Both the position numbers and the translations under genes were made by a program. A stretch of 64,000 bases of DNA. It comes from a virus. This document shows, in pieces, positions 1-10,528 of this stretch. The number at the start of each line of letters is the position of its first letter. The first letter of the stretch is position 1. The DNA lies in IMG/VR virus record IMGVR_UViG_3300034190_002630; one strand, 5' to 3'. The notes below the pieces were generated by a model. It worked only from the letters and a program-made list of their open reading frames with translations. It searched no databases and had not been told where the DNA came from.

Positions 1-839
1 CACAAAAAACATTAAACATTGCACTTGCTGGAACTGGTGTCGGTAAATCTTTGTTCATGTGTCACATGGCTGCAAACTGCATAAATCAAGGACGAAATGT
101 TCTTTACATTACACTAGAAATGGCAGAGGAAAGAATCGCAGAAAGAATAGATGCGAATCTTATGAATGTAAGTATGGATGCACTTCAAGATTTACCTAAA
201 CCAATGTACGATGATAAGATCGAAAAGATCATGAACAAAGTAAAAGGTAAACTGATTATAAAAGAATATCCAACAGCATCAGCACATACTAATCACTTTC
301 GTTCATTACTACAAGAACTATCAATCAAAAAAAGTTTTAAACCAGAGATAATCTTTGTAGATTACTTAAATATATGTGCTTCAAGTCGTTTTAAAGGGGG
401 CTCAAACATTAATTCATATACACTAATCAAATCTATCGCAGAGGAATTAAGGGGTCTAGCAGTCGAAAATAACGTGCCTATCGTGTCTGCTACACAGACA
501 ACTAGAGGTGGATATGTATCAACGGATATAGGACTTGAGGATACATCTGAGTCATTTGGATTGCCTGCAACAGCAGATTTTATGTTTGCATTAATTACCT
601 CTGAAGAATTAGAAGAACTTCAACAGATACAAGTTAAACAGTTGAAGAACAGATACAATGACCCAACAATCAACAAAAGATTTATTCTAGGAATTGACAG
701 ATCAAAAATGAAACTGTATGATGTAGAACTAAACGCTCAAGATGATCTAGTTGATAGTGGACAAGAAGACAAAATACCAGCACTAGATAAATCCACTAGT
801 GGTGAAAGATATGCGAAATTTCAAGAAATTAAAGTCTAG
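1..839 (+). CDS. 41: T4-like replicative DNA helicase gp41 (5'-truncated by window)
   Basis: Frame open from nt 3: LNIALAGTGVGKS (Walker A), YITLEMAEE, IFVDYLNI, SATQTTR, QLKNRY; DnaB/gp41 motifs. Confidence 0.95.
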   Translation, partial: QKTLNIALAGTGVGKSLFMCHMAANCINQGRNVLYITLEMAEERIAERIDANLMNVSMDALQDLPKPMYDDKIEKIMNKVKGKLIIKEYPTASAHTNHFRSLLQELSIKKSFKPEIIFVDYLNICASSRFKGGSNINSYTLIKSIAEELRGLAVENNVPIVSATQTTRGGYVSTDIGLEDTSESFGLPATADFMFALITSEELEELQQIQVKQLKNRYNDPTINKRFILGIDRSKMKLYDVELNAQDDLVDSGQEDKIPALDKSTSGERYAKFQEIKV

Positions 840-1026
840 ATATTATGTGGATTTAGATGATTCTAATTTAAATTATCCATATAATTGTATAGATGTAAAG
901 ACAAATGAGGTGGTATGGAACTTTGAATTTGAGGAAGACGCTTTAGAATGGTGTAAGAATCAAAATAAAAAACCAACTTTTGGTAAGGATAGAATACCTC
1001 CACATATGAGGATGTATAAAACATAA
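799..1026 (+). CDS. hypothetical protein
   Basis: 75-aa ORF filling the gap in a co-directional operon; start uncertain. Confidence 0.55.
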   Translation: MVKDMRNFKKLKSRYYVDLDDSNLNYPYNCIDVKTNEVVWNFEFEEDALEWCKNQNKKPTFGKDRIPPHMRMYKT

Positions 1027-1052
1027 ATATATAAGTAATAAATGGGGGAGCG

Positions 1053-2378
1053 ATGTCTATTAGAAAGTTTGTACAACAAGTAAGACCTAGAGAACAATCA
1101 TACAAACCTAAATTAATTATTGTTGAAGAACTTCTTGCTGAAGAAGAACTTCCAAAAGATATTATGAGGGGTTTAAGTTATGAGAAGTCTGAGAAACAAT
1201 CTACATCTAAAAGAGATGTTTATATTGTTCGTTCATCAGATAGAGAAACTGATAGAGATGAGATTCTAAGAAATCTTAATCAAGCAGGCATCAAGGCATC
1301 ACTTGGTTCGAGTTCATCATCAGTTGATCCGATTGATGGCATATATCAAAATAGAAATTTTAGGATTTTTGTAAAACCACTATCTGGTGGCATGGGTGAA
1401 ACTACTTTAAACTCTAGTATCACAGAGTTATTTCCCTTAATCGCATTCGAAAAAAAATATAATCCAAAAGATATCATATCATTTCATCAATTTTTACTAG
1501 GTGTTGATGTTTCAAAACTTAAATGTGTTGGCCCAAAAGATATTAAAGCCGCAGAGGAAACAATAAACAAAGCAGATACATCTACTAAGTTTAAAAAAAA
1601 AATGGCAAACGCTATTGGTGTTCTTAAATACATTCAACAAGAAGATAAAAATAAAAAGATAAAAAGTTTGTTTTGGGGATACAGAGCAAAGCCTGCAGGT
1701 GTGCCTAGTAAACACCCAGGTGATATGTTTATTACTTACAACGATAACAAAATTTTAGGTGTTAGTTTAAAAGCAGGTGGAAAGAAAACATCTGAACCAC
1801 AATTAAACACTTACATAGGAAAAGTTTTTGATGAGTTCAAAGATAGAAACTATGGTAAACTAATATCATTGGCATACAAATCAGTTTACTCTAAAATACC
1901 AGGTATGCCACCTGAGAGATCATTTATTAGAGATAGAAAAACAAAAGATATATTAAGAGACTTTGATAAAAAAAATAATGCACAATATGAAAAATTTTAC
2001 AATGATTACCTTGAGATTATGAGACAAGGAATAGTCAAATTATTTAATAAAAATAAAGATAATACAATAAAATATATTAAAACAAATATACTTAGAGATG
2101 CACCTGATGTTCCTACTATAGTGATTAAAGCAGTTGGTAGTGATTACGAAGAAGTGACAGATAAAGATCAACTAGGTGTTTTTTTACCACAAGTAAAATT
2201 TATTAGGGCAACATCATCTCAATCATCTAAACAAAATTGGTTTATAGAATTGACATCTGGCCCAGATACTTTGAAAATGAGTATGTCTATTCGAACAAAT
2301 AAATCAGGTCATGCTGGATTAAAAAAGTTAGGTCAATTTAGTCTTGCAGTAAAATACAATGGATTGTCAAAAAAATGA
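1053..2378 (+). CDS. hypothetical protein, possible PD-(D/E)xK-like nuclease fold
   Basis: 441-aa ORF, GGGAG RBS; SITE...PGDMFI...GVSLK pattern resembles restriction-like folds. Confidence 0.5.
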   Translation: MSIRKFVQQVRPREQSYKPKLIIVEELLAEEELPKDIMRGLSYEKSEKQSTSKRDVYIVRSSDRETDRDEILRNLNQAGIKASLGSSSSSVDPIDGIYQNRNFRIFVKPLSGGMGETTLNSSITELFPLIAFEKKYNPKDIISFHQFLLGVDVSKLKCVGPKDIKAAEETINKADTSTKFKKKMANAIGVLKYIQQEDKNKKIKSLFWGYRAKPAGVPSKHPGDMFITYNDNKILGVSLKAGGKKTSEPQLNTYIGKVFDEFKDRNYGKLISLAYKSVYSKIPGMPPERSFIRDRKTKDILRDFDKKNNAQYEKFYNDYLEIMRQGIVKLFNKNKDNTIKYIKTNILRDAPDVPTIVIKAVGSDYEEVTDKDQLGVFLPQVKFIRATSSQSSKQNWFIELTSGPDTLKMSMSIRTNKSGHAGLKKLGQFSLAVKYNGLSKK

Positions 2379-3607
2379 TACAATTTTTAGAGGAACAAGC
2401 AGGTAAGAATCTACATTTAGAACATATCGAAGATGAGATAATAAACTTTGGTGTGCCAGGTGGTCGAGCTGCTATAAACTTTTTAAGAAGTTTAAGAGAT
2501 ATGTTAGCAGGTGCGAGTAGATCATCTGTTAATATGACTGTTAAATGGGATGGCGCTCCAGCGATATTCGCAGGTATAGACCCAGAGGACGGAAAGTTTT
2601 TTGTTGCAAAAAAGTCAGTATTCAACGTAAATCCAAAGTTATATAAGACAAACGCAGAGATTGATGCAGATTTATCTGGTGAACTAAATGCAAAATTTAA
2701 AGTTGCACTAAAAGAGTTTGCTAAACTAGGTATCAAAGGAGTTCTTCAAGGTGATCTTATGTTTACTAATGATCTTGAAACAGATACAATAGATGGTGAA
2801 AAAGTTTATACATTTCAACCAAACACCATAGTTTACGCAGTGCCAGTTGATTCTGATCTAGGAAAGGTTATGAAAAAAGCAAAGATAGGAGTTGTATGGC
2901 ATACAACATACTCTGGCAAATCACTACCTGTTATGAAAGCATCTTTTGGTGCGAACATCAGTAATTTAAACAAGTCTGCTTCGGTTTGGATGGATGATGC
3001 AACATACAAAGACGTATCAGGCAAAGCCACATTCAATGCCAAAGAAACTGCACTGGTTACGAAAACATTATCAGATGTAGGAAAGACATTTCAAAAAATA
3101 AATGCACCAATGTTAAATAAATTCCTTAGACTTCAAGAATCAATGACTGGTGCGTTGGCAGGTGCATCATATAAAACTTACACAAATAGTAAAGTAAGGA
3201 GAGGGGAAAAAGTTAAGAATGCAAACAGACATGCTGCAGAGTATGTCAATTGGGTACAAGATTCAGTAAAAAAACAGATTGATAAAGTAAAAACACCTGC
3301 TGGAAAGAAAAAATATGAGAATATATCTAAACAATATACAATAGAAATCAAAAAACATGTAAGAAATTTGACTGAAGTCGTTAAATTTCAAAATTTTATG
3401 ATTGATGCAAAAATGCAAATTGTTAGAAAACTAAATAGTGTAAAACAACTAACAGGCACATTTATTCGTACAGATAATGGATATAAAGTGGTTAACCCAG
3501 AGGGTTATGTTGCGATAGACAGAGTGTCTGGTAATGCTGTGAAATTAGTCGATAGAATGGAATTTTCGTTTAATAATTTCACTGCAATAAAGGCATGGGA
3601 TAGATGA
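2375..3607 (+). CDS. conserved T4-like phage protein (DUF6267-like) with ligase-type nucleotidyltransferase motifs
   Basis: HLEHIED, TVKWDGAPA (KxDG), LQGDLMF, PEGYVA, VKLVDR. Confidence 0.7.
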   Translation: MIQFLEEQAGKNLHLEHIEDEIINFGVPGGRAAINFLRSLRDMLAGASRSSVNMTVKWDGAPAIFAGIDPEDGKFFVAKKSVFNVNPKLYKTNAEIDADLSGELNAKFKVALKEFAKLGIKGVLQGDLMFTNDLETDTIDGEKVYTFQPNTIVYAVPVDSDLGKVMKKAKIGVVWHTTYSGKSLPVMKASFGANISNLNKSASVWMDDATYKDVSGKATFNAKETALVTKTLSDVGKTFQKINAPMLNKFLRLQESMTGALAGASYKTYTNSKVRRGEKVKNANRHAAEYVNWVQDSVKKQIDKVKTPAGKKKYENISKQYTIEIKKHVRNLTEVVKFQNFMIDAKMQIVRKLNSVKQLTGTFIRTDNGYKVVNPEGYVAIDRVSGNAVKLVDRMEFSFNNFTAIKAWDR

Positions 3608-3981
3608 AAAACATAAAAGATTTAATAAACGAACTCAAAGAACGAGTCGTATCAGTCGCTCAAAGAAGAAAGATCGGCAGAAGAATGGCTCGCCTCGCAA
3701 AAACATCAGCATTTAAAGCCAAAAGAGAAAGAGCAATGAAAAAGATTGCCACACCTATGAAACAACGTGTCAAGGCAACTAAGATGGCAAGAAAACTTAT
3801 TCGTAAGAAATTTTATCCAAAATATGATCAGATGGCACCAATGCAGAAGATGAAAATAGATCAAATTGTAAATGCAAAATATGGTGCTGCAATCGAAAAG
3901 ATTGCAAAGAGAAATTTAATAAAAGTTAAAAAAGCAGAGATTGAAAAAGTCAAAAGAGCAAGACAGAAAAAAGATGATTAA
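3604..3981 (+). CDS. highly basic hypothetical protein
   Basis: 125 aa, K/R-rich, ATGA overlap with upstream gene. Confidence 0.75.
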   Translation: MKNIKDLINELKERVVSVAQRRKIGRRMARLAKTSAFKAKRERAMKKIATPMKQRVKATKMARKLIRKKFYPKYDQMAPMQKMKIDQIVNAKYGAAIEKIAKRNLIKVKKAEIEKVKRARQKKDD

Positions 3982-5614
3982 AAAATTTAATGCATATGAA
4001 CAACCAGGCAAATCAGTTGTGTTTGCATTTGGTAGATTTAATCCACCAACCACAGGTCATGAAAAATTAATTAACAAAGTAAAACAAGTTGCTGGATCAG
4101 ATGAATATAGAATATATCCTAGTTTCTCACAAAATCAAAATAAAGATCCATTGCCACACGCACTAAAGATTGCGTACATGAGAAAAATGTTTCCAAAACA
4201 TAAAAGAAATATTATTGCTGATAGAAAAGCTATCACTGCAATAGATATTGCAACTAAATTATATGACCAAGGTTTTAGAAATTTAAAAATGGTTGCTGGT
4301 TCAGATAGAGTAAAAGAGTTTGAAACATTATTAAAAAAGTATAATGGTGTGGAAGGTAAACGACACGGATTCTATAAGTTTGATAATATTGATGTTGTGT
4401 CTGCTGGAGAGAGAGACCCAGATGCAGAAGGTGTATCAGGTATGTCAGCATCTAAGATGAGGTATCATGCAAACAAAGGTGAATACGATGATTTTGCTGA
4501 TGGTTTACCTAAAGGATTTAAAGACGGAAGAAAATTATTTAGAGATGTTCGTAAGTACATGGGTATTAGAGAACAGAAAGACATGGGTGTCATGAATGAA
4601 TATGAAGAACTCAGAGACAGATATTTAACAGGTCAGATATGGAAGATTGGTGATTTAGTAGAGGCAAAGGGTATCGAGGGAAAAATAATTCAAAGAGGAA
4701 CAAACTATATTACATTTAATGATAGTCAAGGTAAAGTTCACAAAGCATGGTTGCACGAGATAAAAGTAGAACAAAAAAAAATTACAGCAGTAAGACAAGA
4801 TAAAGATGTAAAAGATAAACCAGGTACGCAACCTGCAAAATATTACTCTGGTGTAAAAAAGAAAACTAAAGACTCAAGAGCTGCACATTTTAGAAAAGGT
4901 GCAAAAATGGACGATGACAATCCAGCTGCATACAAACCAGCACCGGGTGATTCTAAAGGTAAAACTAAACCATCTCAATATACAAAGAAGTTTAAAAAAA
5001 TGTTTGGTGACTCATATGATATAGGTAAAGACTATGGTGATCACACAAGATCTGTTACACCTGGCGAAAATAAAAAATTGACAAAAGAAGATATTGAAGG
5101 TTGGTATAAAAATGAGGATATACACGAAAAGTATGAACTAAGATATGGAGACAATTGGTATATTAAATTAACAGAAACATATAATAAACTTCTTGAAAAG
5201 GTTGAAGTTGTTCATGATAATTGTGGTACACCAGATTGTTGTGGTCAGTGTGCTGATGCAAATATTACTGAACAAAAGAAAGAAACATTAGATTCTTTTG
5301 GTACTTTTATATTAAGAAATGCTTGGGGTGAAATAGTTGAGTCTGCTGAGTTTGAGGGAAGAAAAGTTAAATTAAATGATCCTATACGTACAAGTGAAAA
5401 TCCTAATAAAAAATTTAAAGTATATGTTAAAAACGAAAAAGGTAACGTAGTTGTAGTTCGTTTTGGTGATCCTAATTTAGAAATAAAAAGAGATGACCCT
5501 GCCAGAAGAAAATCATTTAGGGCAAGACATAATTGTGATAACCCAGGGCCAAAAACAAAGGCTAGATATTGGAGTTGTCAACAATGGAGAGCAGGCGCAA
5601 AGGTAGATAACTAA
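3974..5614 (+). CDS. cytidyltransferase-like (HIGH superfamily) protein with appended basic modules (C-terminal DUF6321-like)
   Basis: FGRFNPPTTGH, AGSDR, SAGERDPD, MSASKMR; C-terminal RFGDP...RRKSFRARHNC...ARYWSC; ATG at 3974 preferred over the 3941 track start. Confidence 0.85.
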   Translation: MIKKFNAYEQPGKSVVFAFGRFNPPTTGHEKLINKVKQVAGSDEYRIYPSFSQNQNKDPLPHALKIAYMRKMFPKHKRNIIADRKAITAIDIATKLYDQGFRNLKMVAGSDRVKEFETLLKKYNGVEGKRHGFYKFDNIDVVSAGERDPDAEGVSGMSASKMRYHANKGEYDDFADGLPKGFKDGRKLFRDVRKYMGIREQKDMGVMNEYEELRDRYLTGQIWKIGDLVEAKGIEGKIIQRGTNYITFNDSQGKVHKAWLHEIKVEQKKITAVRQDKDVKDKPGTQPAKYYSGVKKKTKDSRAAHFRKGAKMDDDNPAAYKPAPGDSKGKTKPSQYTKKFKKMFGDSYDIGKDYGDHTRSVTPGENKKLTKEDIEGWYKNEDIHEKYELRYGDNWYIKLTETYNKLLEKVEVVHDNCGTPDCCGQCADANITEQKKETLDSFGTFILRNAWGEIVESAEFEGRKVKLNDPIRTSENPNKKFKVYVKNEKGNVVVVRFGDPNLEIKRDDPARRKSFRARHNCDNPGPKTKARYWSCQQWRAGAKVDN

Positions 5615-6471
5615 TGCAAGAACTAGGTCAATTCATGTCTCTTGTATCAGACGAAAAACAAAAAGTTCAAAAAATACAAGAGGAAAAAGATAAAAGGTTT
5701 AAACCTAGAGTTTCTGTAGGACAATCATTATCAGAGTTTTTTAATTTAATATCTGAAGCACCTAGAATTCCTAGAAAAAAAGGACAACCTGCAGGTTCTG
5801 ACAAACACTCTGATTTATACACAGACGAAAATCCAAAAGGAACAATACATGGTTTAGGATTTAAAGATGTTGAAACTGCAAGAGCATCTGTAAAAAAAAT
5901 TATCAATTCTGGTAGATCACACGCACATAAAATACAAGCTGCGATTGCAATGGAGCAAAGAGCAAGAGTAATGGGAAAAACAGCAGAAGCTGCAGTGTAT
6001 CGAAGATATATTGAAAAGATGAAAAAGAAAACTAAAGAAATGAGAAAAGAGGACATGGAACCTCAAATTATTGAGAAACATTTCACAAGAGAGATCGTAA
6101 GAGAAGTGCCAGTTGAAAAGAAACAAGAGTTTACAAAAGAAGATAATGCACAAAGAATTGATGTTCTTAAAACATTTTTTGAAAGATTAGATAGTTTCGA
6201 ACAAAATTTAGAAAAAAGAGAACTGGCTCAGAAGATGACTAATTACTTACCTGAACAACCAGAACAAAATGAACTGACAAAATTAAAAGAAGATTTTAGA
6301 CAATTTAAGAACATTATATCACAACAAATGGCGACAATAGGAGGCGGTGGCGCAGTAAGACTGCAAGACTTGGACGATGTTGATACATCATCACTTGGTA
6401 ATGGAAAATTTTTAGTATTTAACTCTACATCAGGCAAACTAGAATTTACAGATCAAGTGGATGGTAATTAA
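5614..6471 (+). CDS. mosaic hypothetical virion-associated protein
   Basis: Internal DLYTDENPKGTIHGLGFKD module; C-terminal GGGGAVRLQDLDDVD motif typical of phage fibre-associated proteins. Confidence 0.7.
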   Translation: MQELGQFMSLVSDEKQKVQKIQEEKDKRFKPRVSVGQSLSEFFNLISEAPRIPRKKGQPAGSDKHSDLYTDENPKGTIHGLGFKDVETARASVKKIINSGRSHAHKIQAAIAMEQRARVMGKTAEAAVYRRYIEKMKKKTKEMRKEDMEPQIIEKHFTREIVREVPVEKKQEFTKEDNAQRIDVLKTFFERLDSFEQNLEKRELAQKMTNYLPEQPEQNELTKLKEDFRQFKNIISQQMATIGGGGAVRLQDLDDVDTSSLGNGKFLVFNSTSGKLEFTDQVDGN

Positions 6472-7028
6472 TGGCACTTAAAATAAAATTAAAAAGAATT
6501 GCTGGAACTCCAACAACTTCAAATTTAGAAGACGGTGAGATAGCACATAATACAAGTGCGAATACACTTCATGTAAGAATTGGTGATACAATACACGCAG
6601 TTGGTGGAAGTGGTTCAGTAGACCTATCTGCCGTTGATCAAGATATTATACCTGACGGAAATGGAACAAGAAACTTAGGAAGTGCAACTAAAAGATTTGC
6701 TGAATTATTTCTTACAGGAAACACAATCAATCTTGGGGGTGCGACAATCAGTTCAGACGGAACAGGAACGATTGCTATTTCTGGTGATGGTGTAACACTT
6801 CCAAACAATTCTGCTCTTGCATCTGGTGAAAAACTTGCCGTTGCGAATAATGAAGGTGTTCCAATAAGAATAGTTAACTTATTTACTGCGGCAGGCGGAT
6901 TATCTACTGCGGCAACAACACTAAATTTTAAAGCATCAGCATCAAGAGATTTAGTTTTTACAGGATTAAAATTAACAAATGGACAAAATATAACATCAAC
7001 TCAACAAACAACGTTGTTTGAGTTCTAG
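6471..7028 (+). CDS. fibre-like structural protein
   Basis: IKLKR...PTTSNLEDGEIAHN N-terminus and IIPDGNGTRNLGSATKRF motif common in phage fibres. Confidence 0.7.
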   Translation: MALKIKLKRIAGTPTTSNLEDGEIAHNTSANTLHVRIGDTIHAVGGSGSVDLSAVDQDIIPDGNGTRNLGSATKRFAELFLTGNTINLGGATISSDGTGTIAISGDGVTLPNNSALASGEKLAVANNEGVPIRIVNLFTAAGGLSTAATTLNFKASASRDLVFTGLKLTNGQNITSTQQTTLFEF

Positions 7029-7042
7029 GAATAAATAAAAAT

Positions 7043-8929
7043 ATGAGTAGTAAAACACCAGTAAGAGTAGTATTTGACGGAAGTAACAATGCGACAGGAC
7101 TCGCCGAATTTCAATCAGGTGAGTTTATTCCTTTAACGCATGGTGGACTTGGTGCATCTTTATCTTTAGGAACTGCTGGACAAGTTTTAAAAGTAAACTC
7201 TGGCGCTTCTGCTTTAGAATTTGGTAATGTTGAAGCAATTTTAAATATAGACGGACTCACAGACGGATCAGGTATTACAATCGCTGATGGTGATGACTTT
7301 GCAATATCTGACGCTGGAACTGAAAAAAAAGTAAATGCATCTCAGATTTCTACTTATGTTCAAGGAACTATAAGTGGTGATATAACAATATCAGGTGGAA
7401 CTGCAGCCATTGGATCTGGTGTTATTGTTAACGCAGACATAAACTCAAGTGCGGCTATCGCCGACAGTAAACTTGATACGATATCTACCGCAGGTAAGGT
7501 TGCATTATCAGCTTTAGAAATAGATGGTGGAACAGACATTGGTGCTGCACTAACAACTTCAGATTTAATAGTTGTTGATGATGGTGCAGGTGGAACAAAT
7601 AGGAAAGCTGCATTATCAAGATTAGTTACACTTATGGAGTCAGAGATAGATGCCATTGGTGGTAACTTAACAATAACAGGTAATCTAACTGTTAACGGAT
7701 CTACGACAACTGTATCTACGACAAACACTGTAGTTTCTGATAAATTATTTGAACTCGCAAACGGACAATCAGGCACACCATCAGGTGATATTGGTCTTGT
7801 TATGGAAAGAGGAAGTTCTGATAATGCATTTATAGGATTTGATGAATCTGCTGATAAATTTATAGTTGGAACAGGTTCGTTCACTGGTTCGACAACTGGT
7901 GATTTAACAATAACAACAGGAACATTAGTTGCAAACATTGAGGGAAATGTAACAGGTAATGTGACAGGTAATGTAAGTGGCACAGCTGCTACAGTTACAG
8001 GTGCAGCTCAGTCAAATATTACATCACTCGGAACATTGACAACTTTAACAGTTGATAATATTATAATCAATGGTACAACAATTGGACATACTGATGACAC
8101 AGATTTAATAACCCTTGCAGATGGTATTGCAACTGTGGCAGGTGAAATATCTGTAACAACTCTTGACATTGGTGGAACTAATGTCACATCAACTGCCGCT
8201 GAACTTAATTTAGTTGATGGTTCTAGTGCTGGAACAATTGTTAATAGTAAAGCAGTCATCTATGGTAGTTCTGGTGAGGTAAATGCAACTACGTTACAGA
8301 TTGCTGGATCATCTATAACATCGACTGCTGCTGAACTTAATCTTATGGATGGTGGAACGTCAGCTGGAACAACTGCTGTTGCAGGCGGTGATGGTATCGT
8401 GACAAATGACGGTGGAACAATGCGTCAAACAACAGTTGATACATTTGATACATACTTATCTCAAACTACTAAGACCTTAACAAATAAAAGTTTAACATCA
8501 CCACAAATAAATACGCAAATAGATTTACTCGCAAGAGCAGAAGCAAGATTTCAAGATTCATCAGGTGGTCAATATGTTGCACTAAAAGCACCTGCAACTG
8601 TTTCAAGTAATGTTACATTTACATTGCCTGCAGAGGACGGATCAGCAAATCAAGTTTTAAAAACAGATGGTTCAGGCACTCTTAGTTTTGGCACAGATGA
8701 ACAATCTGCTTTTGCTGATTCAACTATAACATCAACACCTGGTGGAAGTGGGGATTTTGATTTATCAAAAACAAATAATTCTGGTAGTTCTGAATCACCT
8801 TTTGACTCAAGCGCTCTTGATGCATTCGGTGTTATTTTAGGAGTTGTATTTGATGCAATGGAGCCAAGAGGAACAAGCACTGCGAATAACACTGATTTAG
8901 GATCAAGTGAGTCACATGTGGGTGCATAG
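7043..8929 (+). CDS. tail fibre-like protein
   Basis: 628 aa G/T/S-rich; GNVTGNVTGNVSG, two STAAELNL.DG repeats, TFTLPAEDGSANQVLKTDGSGTLSF. Confidence 0.8.
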   Translation: MSSKTPVRVVFDGSNNATGLAEFQSGEFIPLTHGGLGASLSLGTAGQVLKVNSGASALEFGNVEAILNIDGLTDGSGITIADGDDFAISDAGTEKKVNASQISTYVQGTISGDITISGGTAAIGSGVIVNADINSSAAIADSKLDTISTAGKVALSALEIDGGTDIGAALTTSDLIVVDDGAGGTNRKAALSRLVTLMESEIDAIGGNLTITGNLTVNGSTTTVSTTNTVVSDKLFELANGQSGTPSGDIGLVMERGSSDNAFIGFDESADKFIVGTGSFTGSTTGDLTITTGTLVANIEGNVTGNVTGNVSGTAATVTGAAQSNITSLGTLTTLTVDNIIINGTTIGHTDDTDLITLADGIATVAGEISVTTLDIGGTNVTSTAAELNLVDGSSAGTIVNSKAVIYGSSGEVNATTLQIAGSSITSTAAELNLMDGGTSAGTTAVAGGDGIVTNDGGTMRQTTVDTFDTYLSQTTKTLTNKSLTSPQINTQIDLLARAEARFQDSSGGQYVALKAPATVSSNVTFTLPAEDGSANQVLKTDGSGTLSFGTDEQSAFADSTITSTPGGSGDFDLSKTNNSGSSESPFDSSALDAFGVILGVVFDAMEPRGTSTANNTDLGSSESHVGA

Positions 8930-8933
8930 GATT

Positions 8934-8941
8934 TATAAATA
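8934..8941 (+). promoter_or_regulatory. T4-type late promoter
   Basis: Intergenic TATAAATA upstream of 8957. Confidence 0.75.
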
Positions 8942-8956
8942 AAGGATAGGATAAAA

Positions 8957-10528
8957 ATGACAAGATATAAAAAATCAATGTTTGACGCAACTATGGAAGT
9001 ATTGAAACCTTCTATGGGCGCTGGTGCTTATATAAAAGACTTTCGAAAGTCTGATGCTCCACAATTCAAAGGAAAATCAGAAAAAGAGAGAGATAAAATG
9101 GCAATCGCCGCCTATCTAGATGCAAAAGATGAAGTCAATGAGGGCGCAAAAAACAGTGTTATATCTATGACAAAATTTAAAAATCCTAAAATAGTAAAAC
9201 AAGTTTCAGATATAATTAAAAAAGTAGGAACTGATAAAATCAAAGTAAAAAAGATACCTGGTGGTATGGAAATCGCAGGTTCCAATGTTCATCTAACACA
9301 AGTCATAGATAGATTTTTTGATCAAACAATCAAAACTTCAAAAGGTGATTTTTCAACACCTGCATTAATACGGATGAAAGAAGATTATGATTATGAAACA
9401 TTTGTAATAATGGGTGAAGAAGTTGAACAACTAGATGAAAAGATTGCAGGTCTTGAGAAAAAATCAGATCAAACAGGTGTTCCATATGGCATACTAAAGA
9501 AAAGTTATGATAGAGGTGTTGCCGCATGGAGAACAGGTCACAGACCTGGTACAACACCACAACAATGGGCGTTTGCCAGAGTGAACTCAATGTTAACAGG
9601 TGGTAAGGCAGACCCAGATTTACAGGCAAAGATCAAAGCAGGTGGATATAAGAAAAAGAAAAAAGCAAAAAAAGAAGAAACTAATTTAGATGAAGATGCT
9701 AAAATGGCAAAACAATCTGATGCTGATTTAAAATCTATGATGAAGAAAATGCGTGATGCTGAAAAGAAAGATCCAAAGATGCCTTCTACTCAATTCATGA
9801 TTAAACGTATTAGCAAAGAAATGAAAAAAAGAGGTTTAAAAGAAGAAACAATTAAAGAATTCAAAAATATGATTGTCACTATTAATGACCCTCGAAAAAG
9901 AAAAAAGGCAATCGATGATTTAGTAAAAAAGAATTTTGGTATTAAAAAAGATATTATGAACCCTAAAAAATTTAAAGTATATGGTAATGACACAGACTTA
10001 AACAAATATGCTAAAGATTTGAAAAACTTTTATGGTGCAACTATTAAGGCTGAAGAGTTTCAAATTAAAGAAGATGGTCACATGGATGTTCCAAGTTCAA
10101 TAAGAATGTGCAAGACTATCATTGAAGACGCAAACGAAATACAACAGATTTTATCATCGAAGGGTGATGAAAATATAGACACTTGGTGGACAAACAAACT
10201 TGCTGTTGCCGCCAGTTCATTGAATAAACTTAGAGACTATATCAAAAACCCAATGGAAGAAGGTAGAAAATCTAAGTATGCTCAGGATGATGAGGATGAA
10301 GAGGGCGCAAATAAACATATCGTTATGCAACTAAGAAAAACAGTTGATTTGAAAGGTAATTTTAAAACTGAATTTGAGGATGGTAAAAAACAAAAAATAC
10401 CTTTAGAGATCGCAAGAAAATTAAGTCATAAATATAATATGCTTAAAAAACCAATCGAAAAAGAAATATTCCAAAAGAGAATATCAAAGTCATATAGAGA
10501 CTTACTAAAAGTGGCAAAGGAGAAGTAA
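8957..10528 (+). CDS. mosaic K/E-rich protein with DUF5824-like module (putative head cargo)
   Basis: YDRGVAAWRTGHRPGTTPQQWAFARVNS module among several basic segments separated by acidic linkers. Confidence 0.75.
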   Translation: MTRYKKSMFDATMEVLKPSMGAGAYIKDFRKSDAPQFKGKSEKERDKMAIAAYLDAKDEVNEGAKNSVISMTKFKNPKIVKQVSDIIKKVGTDKIKVKKIPGGMEIAGSNVHLTQVIDRFFDQTIKTSKGDFSTPALIRMKEDYDYETFVIMGEEVEQLDEKIAGLEKKSDQTGVPYGILKKSYDRGVAAWRTGHRPGTTPQQWAFARVNSMLTGGKADPDLQAKIKAGGYKKKKKAKKEETNLDEDAKMAKQSDADLKSMMKKMRDAEKKDPKMPSTQFMIKRISKEMKKRGLKEETIKEFKNMIVTINDPRKRKKAIDDLVKKNFGIKKDIMNPKKFKVYGNDTDLNKYAKDLKNFYGATIKAEEFQIKEDGHMDVPSSIRMCKTIIEDANEIQQILSSKGDENIDTWWTNKLAVAASSLNKLRDYIKNPMEEGRKSKYAQDDEDEEGANKHIVMQLRKTVDLKGNFKTEFEDGKKQKIPLEIARKLSHKYNMLKKPIEKEIFQKRISKSYRDLLKVAKEK

